Shown one piece after another: positions 12,731 to 28,696 of a stretch of 64,000 nucleotides of DNA (positions are counted from its first letter, which is position 1; every line of letters starts with the position of its first letter). The notes below the pieces were generated by a model. The model was not told the DNA's origin, made no database searches, and was given only the letters and a program-made list of their open reading frames with translations. The stretch is from Chrysomallon squamiferum (Eukaryota; Animalia; Mollusca), in assembly GCA_012295275.1 (NCBI GenBank), contig CM022672.1, positions 4,154,001 through 4,218,000 of the forward strand, in the 5' to 3' direction. The translations under genes and the position numbers were made by a program.

Positions 12731-15700
12731 CATGCTACGTGTACAGTACAACTCTGAAAACAGTCAGTGAGTTTTACCATCAACCCTGAAACTATCTACA
12801 TCAGACAGTCTGATGACAGTATGGAACAGTCTGTGACATTCAGTGTCGATAAAGAAGTACAGGCAGAATACAACACTGAAAACAGTCACCGAGGTATCTA
12901 CTTATCCACATTAGACAATCTGATGCTAATTTGGAACCTTCTTTTGGAGATATTAATGTCAGTATTGAATAACATTTTTGGATAATATTCATCATTGTTC
13001 TTGAAGTTAATATGAAATTATATTCTTTATGACTTCTGAAGTCAGTACAAATAATTTCATTGTATCTCTTGAATTCAGTATAAAATAACATTCATTATAA
13101 GTCTTTGTAGTCAGTGAAAAATAAAATATATATGGTCTGTTGAGGTTAACTTGATAAATACCTTTTTGACTCTTGAGGTTAACTTTGAAAACTTCATTTT
13201 GACTGTTAGGTTAAAGACATTTGTTTAAGACACATGAAGCAAACATAAAACAAAGTTACTGTTGAATAACCTCAATGCTGTGATAAGGTCAACAAAATAA
13301 CATCTTTGTGGGTTTTGAAGTTAAAAAAAAAAAAAAAAAGTAAAAATAAATAAATAACCTCTGCTTTCAAACAACAGGGGTGAAAAGAAAAAAGAAAAAG
13401 AAAAAAAAGCTTCAATGAGTTGTATGTCATACAACAAGTAAGACAAACCAGACAGTGATCAAGTGATACATTATAAATGAGTGGACTCTGCTGATCAGAG
13501 TTTTAAACATGCTGGTCCTGTAAGATATACAGCCAGATATATAACCAGGATATTTCTGTCAAATGAACTGGGTATCTAACTGTTTAATTCAATTGTTAAA
13601 TATTTATATTTTAAATGGTAAAAATAACCTATACTAATAACATTTTGAACACAGTAAAAATGTATTTATTTTTGTTGTATTTTAAGGTTTTTTTTTTTTT
13701 TTTTTTTTTTTTCACCATATATTTGAATATTTGCTAAAACTAATTTGCTTTGGTTTTGAATGGTTTATTTATTTATTAATATTTCTTTTTTTCTTTTTGT
13801 AAATTCACTTTAGGCTTTCAGCAGTAATAATTTAACTTTTATTTGAAATTATCTTTAAAATTTGTTTTTAAGAATTTAAGGATTGTTTATAATTCAGATT
13901 ATAACAGCTTATATGCATGTACTTAAATAACTATAATTATTCATAGTCTTTTTCTGGTGTGCATAATAAAATTATTGTAAACGAGTGGAAATGGTTAATA
14001 TGATCATTGTTCAGTATAACTGTGTAACCTGTTATGGTTGTGTTCTCTGCATTATTTAAAATGTTATAGCTGTTAATTATAAACAATTAACTAACTTTTT
14101 AAATTAGTGATAGAGATTGCACTGAAATTCATAGTTGTGCTTGGAAAAAAAACATTTATAAAAAAACATTTGACAAAAAGATTTCGTAACACATTTTAAA
14201 AAAAGAAATAAACATTTTGATACATATTTCATTTTGACATCGTTGTCGGACTGATGTAAGTCTTAGTGACAGTTTTGTTATTTAAGTTGTGGAATGATAA
14301 TTTTTCTGGATTTTTCTTCAAGTATCACTTGATCCAACATCTACATATGATGGTTTCGCCCAAAGTTTCGTTACATTTCACTTGTTCTTATACATTTCAG
14401 CATCTATAAGCATTTCTTTCACTGCCCATGTAGTGTGGAAAGATTTGGTTCTATGGACATATGTCCACATTTCGTTTTTGGTGCCTTTTATTTTTGTTTT
14501 GTATTCATTCCATTAACGTAGGTTTGTTGTTGAAGTAATAATTTAAGAAATCATGCATACATACTCGTGTACAAATAATATGTTTAGTTTATTAACGATC
14601 TCTCAAAGTGTATATATACATGTTCCCATATTTATTTGTAGATTTGATAGTCTAGTCTGTTAAAAAATACATATATCACCCAGGCAGTGACTATTTATTG
14701 TATGCAATTAGCTTCCAGAGCAAAATATCAAAATATTTATTTACTGCACAATATATATGTTAAAAATGTATGCATTTAATAAAATATTACTTTTGAAAAT
14801 TGCAATGCATTGGAAAAATAATTACAAAATGTTTTTGTTGGTTTTTTTTAACTTTTATTGTTTTGTTATAAGAATCATTTCATAAATTTGTATCATTGTT
14901 ACTATTTAATATTTGGAATTAAAACAAAAATATGTACAAAGTTTTTCCATTAAAATGTTTTATACCAAAGTATTTCATTGTTTTCAAATTGTCAAATTTA
15001 TATTACTATGCAAAAAAGAAAAAAGAGAAAAGGTTCTCATGAAACATGTTTTGTTTCAAATTCTTTATTACTGCACATTACACAAAAAATAAAAAGGTTT
15101 AAATGAAATGATATGTATGTTGTTTTTATTTGAAAATATATTGTCATGGAAATGTACAATACTGATGGCTGGTTTCAAAAATCTTTATAATATATTAGAC
15201 ATTTTAACTGTAAGTTCACATTTTGTGTACCAGTATGTTACTTAAAATGTGGGTAGATAACTGTTTCAAAAACGAAGTAGCAAGTTAGACTGGATAATTG
15301 TAGTTGTCATAATAGTTCCTTTTTTATTTTATTTGTTATTTTATATTTATTTGTTAATTTTTTTATTCTGAGGAACTTATTGACACAATGTTACTAGATA
15401 GCACTTCCATGTTTCCCTTGTTTTAATATTCCAGTTAATCAGCTAATTTCTTAAATACTTTCATTATGATGTGAATTTTGTTTTTAATTTATTTTAATAA
15501 TTATACAGTTGTTTGTTGTTTTGTTCTGCTTCTTTTTTCTTTTTTTTTATATTTCTAAAGTTTAAGAAAAGCAATTAATTCATTGTATTCCATTATTTAA
15601 ACATATAATAAAACACTTGTATTTTTATTATTTTTGTTTTTTATAACATTCAAATAAGGTAGAATAGCAATTTCTTAATTGTAAAGATACTTCTTCACAT

Positions 15701-15817
15701 TTTTAGTTCTTATAATTTGAAATTCAATCAAACACTTGGGCATTCTTTCTCATATGTTTATATTTTGACGGGGGGAAAAAAATGTTTTCTCAAAATCAAT
15801 GTAGCTTTCATACTTTT

Positions 15818-15998
15818 TAAAATGCTTCTTATATTATTATAATACTTTATTATTAGCAAAGTTTGGTTTACCACGAATTTTTCACAGTTGGGTGAAGTAT
15901 AAATAATTTATTAAAAATGCTTCTTATACTTTGTTATTGGCAAAGAATGGTTTACCACAAACACAATCACAATTGTGTGGAAGTATACGAAATTTATT
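15818..15998. repeat. Imperfect ~95 bp tandem duplication
   Basis: aaaatgcttcttata...gcaaag..tggtttaccac..tcaca.ttg...gaagtata occurs twice. Confidence 0.75.
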
Positions 15999-17473
15999 TA
16001 TGCTAACAGTTTACATGACCAGAGGTACATTTTAACAAGAACAAGTAAGTAAATAAATATATTTATAACCAAAAAGAGAAATACTTCAACAAGGAAAAGA
16101 ACAATCACTTGCAAATAAGACAAAATATTGTGTATTGGCTTTCTGCTAGCACCAGCAGTGGTACAAATACAATAATAGTGTATTTAAGCTTCATATGCAC
16201 CACGAAAGTACAATTTTAACAAAACTAAATTAATTTGTAGTGTATATTACAATAGTTAACCATACAATCACAGTTATATTCAAGTGAAATCTTTATATAA
16301 GGAATGTTTAATTTTCAATGGAAAATCTATTATTATAAAATAATTTTTTTTATTATAAAATGTTTTTTTCAAACCTTTCAGGACAGGAAATTATCATAAT
16401 ACATGAAACGTACATAAAGTTTGAGATACAAAAATCTTTTTAGTATATAATGAAATAAAAGCATCAGAAATCAAAGAATTTATTATACAATTTATTGAGC
16501 AATATAATAATACAAATAAAATATAGAGAGATTCAAAACTTACTCTACGTTTTTGTATGATATTTAAGTAAATATTTCAGTAAATATACAAATAAAAGTA
16601 GAAATATCACAAACAACTTTACATTTTATAAACATGTATACAGTTTTTTTATTCTCTACAGTTTTATAAAAGGCTTTTAAATTAAATATCTTAAAAAACA
16701 TATCCTTTAGGTTATTTCTATAGTTTCATTTAATTATTTTTTTCAATTGTTTTTATTTTATTTTACTATTATTATTTCTTTTTTTTTTTTTTTTTTTAAA
16801 TTCTTATTATTTCTGCTTTAGTAAAAATTACAAAACTATGAGGTGATATTTATTTATTCTTTAAATCTGTTTTTTAATTTTTGGGTTTATTTTTCTTATA
16901 TTATTACTGACTTTAATAATTTTAGTATTATTATTATTTTTTTAAAGTAATCATAATATAACCTAATTTATTCTACAAAATTTAAATATCAACTTTACCC
17001 ATAATAATAACAATTTCTTGTGAAAATATACAAGAAGAAATCACTAATAAGACATCTGTGAAAAATATAATAGCAAAAATAAAAGCAATAGTGTCAAATA
17101 CACATCATGGAAATAACAACTGTCGATAATAATATTTGAATCAGCAATACTAGCAATAATAGTTGTAACAGTTACAGAAATATTGCACTAAGCTTTGTAG
17201 TAGTTGTAGTGAGAGTAGCAGCAGTTTCAAAAGCTGCGTCAACGGAGCAGAACAATAATAATCATAGAGAATATATTTTTGATTAATAAAACACTCTACA
17301 ATTAATAGTTATATGAAAAAAAGCAAGAAACAAAAAAAGTATAGTTGTAAAATACAGGTGCTGTAACAAATGTTGTAAAATATTATATCAAAGTAGCAAT
17401 CAGGTCAGAGTCATCATGGTGGTCCAAGAACAATAAATATAATTTTTGATTACAAAATTGACTGCTATATTAA

Positions 17474-17524
<51 letters not shown>

Positions 17525-18529
17525 TAATAAATATATTTTGATATTTGTTGTTAAATGTAATTTTTATTATTAAATTTACTAAAAATATTATATATATATA
17601 TATATATTTAAACTGTGTTTTCTTCAAAAACAATGAACATTAGTTATTTATTTATTTATTCATTCATTCATTTTAATTAGTGATTGGATTTCAAACATTT
17701 GGAATTCTGATTTATAACATTCTGGAATATTTTATGAGCACCTTTTCGTACCATTTAGTAAGTGGTTCATGAGATCCTAGCCGGATTGGAAAATAATACA
17801 AAACATAATTAAGAGAAGGAGGAGGACTGTGTAATTTATCAGATCTATTTTTTAGAAAAACCACCTCAGCTCAACAGCAAAAACAACAACAACAACAAAA
17901 AAAAAAACACTTACAAAGAAAATGTAAAAACAGTCATTTTCAAGAATAAACGAAATACATTCAAACAGGAACGTTGTAAGGTGGTGATCATAAATATTTT
18001 TTAAACTTCATAATTAACATCAGCAATGTGATTGGCTAAAACTTAATAATTAGTTAACTCAACGTGTAACACTTGCTAAGACTGTAATTGGCCAACACAT
18101 TTGTTGTTAAAGTATGGTTGACAATGGTTTACATTGCTTCATTATTCAAGCATTGTTAAATGATGTTAGTGTTTAATACTTCTTTAAGTAATATTATCCA
18201 AGCACTGATGAAAATTTTAGTCATTCAGGTATTATTAAGAAAAGTTATCCAATCATATATTTTTATTAATTATTTATTTTTATTAACCAATCTTCACTGG
18301 AAATTCATTTTATTAACCTAACACTGATGAAAAATTCTAACCAATCGTTACTAAGTAACACCAGCCAATCACATTACTACTATTTATTTTTGTAAGCCAA
18401 TCAGAAAAGTCTTTATCTAACCAATCATCATCAGCAAATCATTGTAAGGCTCAGCTGAATTGGCCAATCGTCATACTGGTATCTTAGGCATTAAGAAGAG
18501 CATCAAAGCTGCTTTCATGTTCGACTACG

Positions 18530-18766
18530 TCAGACATCGTTCTCTGCGAGGGCTCCTATGATTTCGTCATCTTGGACCTGAGTTATCTCTGTGGGTGTGG
18601 GAGCCTGTAGGCGGGGCACAAGGCTGTCTGCGCGGACCAGCTGCTTTCTCTGATACAGTGGTGATGAGTCGTCCTCGGAGGCTCGGCGACATCGCTGGAT
18701 GATGGAGGGACACTGCTCTGTGAGAAGCAAGTTAGAATCATGGCCGACAGTCGATTCGTGTGGCAT
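18530..18766 (-). CDS. NT5C2: NT5C2 last coding exon
   Basis: ctcag|[12 protein letters not shown]...ENDV*. Confidence 0.9.
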   Translation of the reverse strand: MPHESTVGHDSNLLLTEQCPSIIQRCRRASEDDSSPLYQRKQLVRADSLVPRLQAPTPTEITQVQDDEIIGALAENDV

Positions 18767-19392
18767 CTGAGAAAGTGAAAGTAAAATAAAAGTAAAATTA
18801 ATAAATGTATAAATACAATAAAAAAAACAGAAAGAGAAATTTAATGTATAAAAATAAAAATAAAAATAATTATAAAAAAAAAATAAAAAAAAAATAAAAT
18901 AAAAAATAAAATAAAATAAAATAAAATAAAATAAAATAATAAAATAAATAATAATAAATACATAAGCAAATAAATAATAATAATAAAAATTAAATAAAAT
19001 TAAATAAAATTAAATAAAACAAAGTGAAGTAAAAATAAAATATGTCATAACATACAATATATATATGGGGTTGTATGTGTGTATATATTAGAAATACAAA
19101 AATGATGAAAATAAAGAATTAAAATGAAAAAAATGCAGAAAAAAATACAAATTAAATTAAATTAGTAAACATAAATAAATATAAAACGAAGTAAAAAAAA
19201 TATATATATATAATAAAAATTAAAAATAATAATAAGTACAAAAATACAATGAAAAAGAAGAAAAATGTAAAAACAAAACATTTTAAAAATAAACTTTAAA
19301 AATTATAATAATAATAATAAAAAAAAGAAATAATATAAATACTGAAAAAAATAAAATAGTACAAAACTAAATAAGAAAAACAAATAATATGG

Positions 19393-19443
<51 letters not shown>

Positions 19444-21759
19444 TGTGTGTTAAAGAGTTACCAGCATGGCAGGTGCTCGGAAGACGTAGCTGAAAGGGTA
19501 GTTTATCAGATTCATGAAAGACGCAGCGTACAGATCAGCGTATCTCATCACCTGACTGGCAAAAAATGTCTGTCGAGAGCCTGGTGAATAAACAGATAAA
19601 TAGACAGACAGACAGACAGACAAATAGAGAGATAGATAGACAGAGAGACAGACAGACAGACAGACAGATAGATAGACATAGAGAAATAGACAGACAGACA
19701 GACAGATTTAAAAAAAAGAAAATCAATACTTTTTTCAACTTAAATAGATATATAAAAATTATTTCAATAATTAAATAAACAAAAAATAAATAATAGTAAT
19801 ACTGAATAGTTTTAATAATAACAATAATAATAATAATAATAATAATATTTATAATAAAAAACTATTAATTATGACAGTAGTAACGCATTCGAAGTAACAG
19901 AACTAGACTGAAGATACTAACCACTTCTGAACAGACTTCCCAGAATTCCATATGACATGTCCATTTCATGTGTCACTTGCTGGAAAGGTAAACAATCAAA
20001 TTCAGTTTGACAACAACATTTATAATAACTGCCTGTGTATTTATTACTTTACTGACATTACAGAACACTAAAGTATATTTAACTGAAAATTCAAATTATT
20101 CAGGACAAGTTTGCTAATTTAAAGATGCGTAATGGACTCAGTATATTTAACCACACAACTGAAAAGGTGAATAATTTTGTAAAATTACACACACACACAC
20201 TAAATCTATAATTTAATTGATTCTATGTCTCTGTTTACATTTTTTGTTTCACCAAAGGACACTAAGTATATTTAACTGGACTTTCACATGATCAAGTACA
20301 TCAGTTAATTTAAAGTTGTTGTAAACACAGAATGTGAAATCTCACCCGTATTTCATGCTGGATGGCGTAAATGTCTGGTTTCTCTGAACAGCTACTGTCC
20401 AAATTCCTGAAAAAATAATTTTCAAAATAATTTAATAGTTACTTGCAATAATTAAACAAACCAACCAACAGAATAAATAAATATAAAATGAAATGAAATG
20501 AAATTAAAAATCATAATAGTAATAATAATAAAAAAATTTGTAACAACATTTCCTAATTAAAGAAAATAAGTAAAATGTGATGAAAATGAAGCCAAGTTAA
20601 AGATAATAAAGAAAATAATTAATTAAAATAAAATATATAGCAAAAAAATATATATATATAGTAAATATATATTCTCTTTTTTCTCCATTTTCTAATTAAA
20701 AAATAATAATAATAATAATTTTAAAAATTCTCCAATTTACCACTTACAGTAAAACAAATTTAGAAACAAATTTCTCTTCTCTAGTCTTCTAATAATTTTG
20801 TTTTTACTAATTTAAAAGATTCTCCACTTTTGCAGTTACAGCAAAAAAAAAAAAAAAAAAAATTTGCTAAATAAATATCTCTTATTTTCTTCAATCTTCT
20901 AATGAAAAACAAAAAAAAGACAAAATAAATATAGCTAAGTTAAAAACAGCTGCGATTTTGTAAGTGTAGGAAAACGTACTTGTACATCTCTCCTATTTTA
21001 CAGTCAAGCTCTGCCAGCTTGGAGTACAAAGCTCTCCTGCTAGTCCAGACATTTAGTTCTTGAGAAAGTTCTGGAACACAAAGAAATGTCCGCCAGCCCA
21101 CTTTCTTTGACTTCTGAATGTCACCGAAAATGTGATCACCAACATACAACACTTCATTGCCATACGTTCCCATCAGTTCCGAGAACACATCAACAGAACC
21201 TGAAATGTCATTTAATGTTTGAGTGCTAAATATGACAAGGTAAAAAATAAAAAGAACTAGTTAATAGTCAACAAACAAAACGAAAAGACGAAGTAGTAGT
21301 TTTTATTATTGTATTTCATTATTGCTCTTGTTGTTGCAGTTTAAAACTGATTTAAAAGAGTTTATGTTATTTGATATGACATCGTATTACTGTTTTCATC
21401 ATTATTACTATAACTACTGCTACTGCTATTATTACTACTACTACTATTACTATTATAACAATAATAATTTATATAAGAAAAGAAAGGAAATAGCTTTATG
21501 ATATTAATTTCATATCTTATTTTTATTAGGAAAGATTGGAAGTTTATTTTTTTTTAATTTTAATATCTGCTTTGTGTCTATATCGTAATTGTAAAATTTT
21601 GTATAATATTATGAATATGTCACTAATACTAAAGACTAATATGCAGACCTCCAGAATAAATATGGTCCGATGAAATGGGCCCTGTATGGGTTCCAATTTT
21701 TAGTGATCCAGTTTTCTGAACAAGCAAAAATAAATAAATAAATAAAATAATAATAATAA

Positions 21760-21792
<33 letters not shown>

Positions 21793-22452
21793 TTTAAAAT
21801 GTAAAATAACAAAATAAATTTAAATTAAATAAATAAAAAATAAAAATATCTATTTAAACAAATTATGTAAACAATGTTATAATTTTTTTTTTCCAAACAA
21901 CTTTTAAGAATAAAATTAATAATCACTGTTAGGTAGGTCTTGTAATTTTCAATCTGTAACTTTTTTTATATATAAAATAAACATCTTTCTATCATAAATA
22001 GATATGTGAAAATAATTCTAAAATGTATTTGTAATTTTAATTGTTTTTGTTGTTGCAAATTAAAAAAAAAAAAATTTGAGACAACTCTTCTAACCTTGTC
22101 AACCTGACGGAGTATTGTCCCCTGCTGAAAGAAGATTGGTTTGCTTGTGTCACAGAAAATGTAGTCAAAGTAAGACATCCATTCTCGTTTGGGCGATCCT
22201 TCCTACAAAAACAGTTTATCTCATATGTATATAAAATCTTTTTACTAGCAGATTTTGAAAAACTTTTCATTTTTAAAGCACCATTCCAATTTTGTTTTAA
22301 TATTTTAGTAAATTTTAGGCAACATACACATATCCTCAAAATCAGAAAGAAAAAAAAGATGGAATTTCACAATACATATATATATAAGAAAATAAATTAC
22401 CTTTTGTGGAGGATAATCCAGCAAATAAGTCATAATTTTCTAAAATTAAAAG

Positions 22453-22503
<51 letters not shown>

Positions 22504-25500
22504 TAAAAATAAACAACAAAAATAATCATATTAACAGCTCTTGCTGCATATTGAACATAATTACATAAAAATTATAATTTATTATTTAATGATGAAGGGA
22601 ATTTTTTTCATTAACCTTTAAAATATTTTTATTTTATTTTTTTTTTTTAAAGCACTTCATAAATTTAAATAAGTAAATTTTTTAAACTGATCAAAAAATA
22701 CATTTATTTTTATTTTCTTAATGCTTCTAATATTAAAATAATGTGAAACTGTTATTTAGGAAGAGAACTATGACGTTTAATTTTTAAAATATAAAATATT
22801 TTCTATAATCAACATAACAAAAGTTTCTTTTTCATTCACAGATTCTGACTAGCTGATTAGTCTTAAGATTTGTATATTGTGAAAACAGTTCTAAAATTAA
22901 TACATACATTTGTGAAGTTGAAGTCACTGTTCGTGGCAAGAAATACTTTGGCACCGTGATGTCTTAACCTTTGTTTAAAATATTAAAATTATTTATAAAA
23001 AGTGATTTGAGGCTGTGAAAGCATTTGTCATTTCCTTTTCATTCACAAATATTTATAATAAGATTTTATTAAAATATTAAGATAGTAGTAATAATAATAA
23101 TAAAAATAACAATAATAAAAGAAAATATTTTTATATCAGAATATAATTTTTTTTTTTTTTAAACATTTAACATTACACATTAATAAATAAATATTAAAAT
23201 AAATAAATATTAAAATAAATAAAAAAATAAATAAATAAATATTAAAATAAAATAAAATAAAATAAAATAAAATAAAATAAAAAAATAATTAAAATGAATT
23301 TGTTCTTTTAAAAAAACCCAGTATTACATAAAATAAGATATTTTAAGATACCAGATAATCATTTTATTTACTATATGCAAAAATACTTTAACATTAATAA
23401 AAATTTGTAATTTTAAAATATCACATACACAATTATAATTGCCATAAGAATATATTAATTTTTGAAACTTTTGAAATTTAGATAATTAAGAAATTTACGT
23501 GATTAAGAAAAGAAATTATTTATATTACCTAAGTATATTAATTTTATTATGTTGATATTAATGAATTTTTTTTAATTACCTGTCTAAAATGACTGGCAGT
23601 CTGTCATCCTTCAAAACATAGTCTTTGACATGTTTCACTGTTTCTGTCTTCAGTGGTCCCTGAAAACAAGTTAAATAATTAACATAAACACACACACACG
23701 TTTTTATATATATATAGATAGACACACACACACAAAGACAACTAAATAACAGATTAAATTAAATTAATTTATTAAAATGGAAACAAAACAAATTAAAAAA
23801 AAAAAAAAAAAAATGTAACAAAATAAAATAAAATCTAATAAAATAAAACAAATTAAAGTAAATTAAAATAATAAAATATATATATATTTTTTTTTAAATT
23901 AAAACAATAACTCAAAAACAAAACAAAATAAAATTAAATTAAAATACAGCATAATAAAACAATATAAAAACAAAACAAACTGAATTATACTGAACAAAAT
24001 ACACTTTCACCCTAAAGAAATTTAATACCTAAATTACAGTTATTATGATTACTATGAAATAAGGAACGGCTTAATGGATTAAAACCTCCTTTACTCAAGC
24101 AGTTTGAGTTATTTCCCTTCGACTAATTTGAAGATCTAATTGAAAATCTGACTAGTGGAAGTAAGACCTGAACACTCTTTAGGTTTTTCACTGGTAACAA
24201 GTAAAACCAAAAGTAAATTTACCCATAAATGTAGACACAAACAAATATATACATGCAAATAACAAGTATGTGTTTGTGTTGCATATATCTTTTACAGTAT
24301 GCAATTAGAGTGATAAGTGATATATATATATTTAGTTGTTGGCATTTGACTGAAAACATATTTGATAAAATCTTACATCTTTTGCATGGATATAGTTTGT
24401 AACTGCCAAAACATCCTGATAAATTGAGGTGAAGGTCATTGTAAGGTCACCATATTTGACGCCAGTTTTGGTTCTGAAAATTCAGTTTAATTTTTATCAT
24501 TATCGGTGTTACAGCAAATACATCCATTGTTAGAACAAAACAACAAATGAAAGAAAGAAAGAAATAAAGAAATGTTCAATATGTTTATAAAAGTGTATGT
24601 AAAAGTAATAATAATAAAAAATGAAAACATGACAATTATCTTTACTAGAAAAAACCAGAAATTAATTTAAACAAATAAAACAAAATAAATAAACTAAAAA
24701 TTAGCTTCCTAAAGAAATAAAACAAAATAAAGAAATAAACATTTAAGTTAAAAAAAAAAAAAAAAAAAAAACTGAATAATATATTTATTTTTTCTTTCAA
24801 ATAGGATGATATACAATCACTAAAACTTAGACAAAATACTGAGAACAAAAACAAATGTAATTATATCTCTTATTTTGTCAAATGTTTATCACGCTATCAA
24901 GACACAAGGAGACATCAAGGGTCAATGATTTTTACCTTTAAATATTTTCTGTCACAGATAGAGGATTTTTATTTTTTTTTTTTTTTAATTTTTGAGAAAA
25001 AAAAAAAATCCGCTGATTCAGCTGACAGCAACATCAACAATAATGTCAGAAAAATTTCAAAAATGATTATACAACTTAAATCTTCTTTTCCATAACTGAT
25101 GCGAAAAGATACTACAACATCAGAACTGATGAGATGATAACATAAAATTAACTGCAGTTGGACAATAATATAATATTTCAAAACAGGCAAACAAAACAGT
25201 ATTACAAGCTAAAAATGATATCAAAATTACAAAAAACAGCCTAATGTAGTGTAAAACATCAGTTTACCTGATGTATTCATCGCTGTTGCAGAAGAAGTCA
25301 ATAAGACAAGCGAGGATGTAGAGAACTGAAATAAACAAAGCAATCAACTGTCACTGTGCTTAGTCAAGTATTTTCATTGCTGTAGCGTGCACTTGTTAGT
25401 TATTACATAAAAACAGTTTATAGAGAATTTAGAGTACACTTACTTGTTCACTTACACATCAACATATAGCTCATATCCAACCAAACAATAATACACACAA

Positions 25501-25626
25501 TAATGCTCTGAAACAGAAAATTATCAACATCTCATATTTTATACACATTAATACTATATACAAACAACAGTCACTCATATATACATAGATACATACAGAC
25601 ACACACACATAAATATACATACATAC

Positions 25627-25665
<39 letters not shown>

Positions 25666-26124
25666 AACAGTAATTCACTAAAATCCATCTAAATTTACAG
25701 TCATTATTAACCTTGCATTTATTATGAATAAAATTATCATTAATAACACCATATTTTAAAAATTCAGTTTTCTTTCTAAGAAGATTAGTCTGTCAATGGC
25801 TGTGGTATGTTTTTATCTTTTTATGGAAAGTTGCATGTTAAAGAGATACTGAATAGAAGACTAGACTGAAAAACTATGCACTGTGCATGTAGACCCCACT
25901 GACAGTCTATTCTGCTGGCTCCCTTGTGTGAATTTCCATCATGAAGATAACTAATTGAAAATCCAGTGAAATTAATTATCTTTATCACTCTGAACAATCA
26001 CACTGCAACTGAAGCAGTTAGCACAAATGTGTAAGATTTTACATAAATAAATAAGTTAAGGAGAAAAAAAAAAAAAAAACGGAATTTGATTAAAAACTAA
26101 ACAAATTATACATCCAAGTAGCAG

Positions 26125-26160
<36 letters not shown>

Positions 26161-28664
26161 CAACAATAATGATAAAAAAAAAGAAAAAAAAGAAAGAATA
26201 ATGAAAAAAAAAAAAAAAAAAAAAAAGAATTAAAATACAAAAATTTAAAAAGATTAAAACAGGATTTTCTCATTGAAAACTAAACTAAATTAATTTGAAA
26301 ATGGGTAAAAACAAAAACCAAAAGGAAAAAAAAACAAATAGAAATTCAGATTTTATCTTCAATGACAAAAGAAAAACAAATTAGAAACTAATTTATTGCA
26401 CCATCTTCAGTGATTTCTTGGTTGATGTTGTTAATACAGCACTTAAAACAACACAGCAGGTGATGGTGCTTTTTTGTAAAAGGAAGGATTTAAAAGAAAA
26501 GAAAAAAATACAACAGAATATAAGATCAGTTTGAATATGGTGCAGACTTGTTGCAGATTTTCTTTCCTAAAATTTTCATTACAATATATATATATTTACA
26601 TATAATAAACAAATACATTCAGTGTAGATAAAGTGTTAGTAAATAATTACTAGTGAAAATTTTACATGCTTAATCAATATTTTTTATTTGGATTAGTGTT
26701 TACATTTTCATACAATAACTGATAGGAAACACGAATGCAACAAAACAGTAATAACAGATAACTAAAATAAAATAAACATATAAACAAACAAAAAATTAAA
26801 TGAAATAAAATAAATTAAATAAATTCATAAAATAAAATAAATTTAAAGATTAAAAAATATAAATACGTATTTAGTATTTTCAAAATATATTTATTTATCA
26901 TTAATTTAAAAAAAAATAATAATAAAAGTAAAAAAGAAACAAATTAATAAACAATTACACTATCAAAAATTAAATAAAAAAATTAAGATAATTTATTTAG
27001 AAACTGAAAATGAAGTGAAATCAAAACAACACTAGAAGCAGATAAAACTCAAAGTAGGATTATTTCTCATTATCTCTTGATAAAATAATCTCATTAAAGA
27101 AACAGTAAAAGTTAATCTTTCTAAAAATTATCAGGAAATAAAAAAAAAAAAAAAATGAAATGAAATGAAATAATTAAACAAACAAAAAACCCTTCATTTT
27201 TTTTTTTTTTTTCTGGTTTCTTCAACATGATTAAGATTTTTGTTTATGTTTAAATTTATTATTATTGTTATGGTTATTATTTTATTTATCTATCTGTTCA
27301 GTTTATGTTTTTTATTATTACTATTTTGTTTTTCTGTTTTGTTTTGTTTTGTTGTGGTATTGTTTTTCCTTTTTTTTTCTTTGTGGGGGTGTTTTTTTAA
27401 TTGTTTAAATTCTGAATATAAAATCTGGTGAAATAATAAAAGTATTACAAATATTTTATTATTTTAAATTGATAATATAAATTCAGTAATTAATATTTAA
27501 AAATACACAAACAAAATGAAATACATTTTAAAGAAAATTGTAATAACAAAAAATCAATGTGATTTTTATGAATACTAAATAAAGCTAAATTTAAAAAAGC
27601 AAAAAAGTAAAAAAATATATATATATAAAATAATAAAAAATGTATGAATATAAGAGAATAAATAAAATATCCTAAACAAAACCAACAACATTTATTAATT
27701 TTTTAAATAATTAAATCAGAATGGACTGACAAGAAATATTTCAAATAACCAAGCTATGAGAAGTATACTACATACAGATACCTCAATCTAACATACCATT
27801 TGAGTTAAAATATGTTTAATAAAACTGCTAAGGAATACTGATTTCAGTTATTTTCAATAATTTGTTTAATTTCATTTTACATTATTTTGAAACATGTAAT
27901 AACACCTCTAGAACACAAAAAATAATTTTATATTGTTGCTTATTTTATTTCAGACATTTTGTACTTGTGACATGAGTATGAATTTCACAGTAGACATTTT
28001 TTATCAACAGCTCCATCTCTTTAATGTCAGATAAGAGTAACAAGTTGGAACTGGAAATATTACACTGAGCTACCAACCAGGTTTGATCCTGTACTGAAGA
28101 GGCACAAGTTGAGCATTTTACTTACTGCAAAGCCACCAGTGAAAGATATTTCAGTTTTTATAACAAGTTTTTACAAGTTGCATTTCAACTTGACAGACAA
28201 TTTAAACATGTGGCAACACCTGCTTCTGAAGATTTGAAAAACACAACAAAAAATTAACTGTTTGTGACAAGTGAAAATATGTCAATTTGTCCTGTCTTTT
28301 TTTTTTTCCCTGCCCATTTTAAACTTGAAGAGATATTTTTTTTCTTTAAAGTCTATTTTTGTTTTCTTTCGATATGCTTCAGATAAACCAAATTCTTTTC
28401 TTTCATTTTTAATAAATAAATAAATCAATTAAATAAATATATTTAACTTTCTTTTGTTATGTGCAAATTTTTTTTTTTTCCCTTTTTTTTGAAATTAGGG
28501 CTTTATTTATTATTTATACATAAAAAAATATATTTATTTTTATTATTACAATTTTCTTTAAAATTTATATCTTGTGTTGACAATTATTTTTATTATAATT
28601 TTTTTTTTTAAAGTATTTGTTTTATTACTGTTATTATTATTATAACTTTCACATAATTTTATTT

Positions 28665-28696
<32 letters not shown>

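Noticed and set aside
12731-12985. Stop-codon readthrough extension of gene 1 (ORF 12767 is in the same frame)
   Set aside because: A second in-frame TGA at 12755-12757 intervenes and the region contains an internal repeat; treated as 3' UTR.
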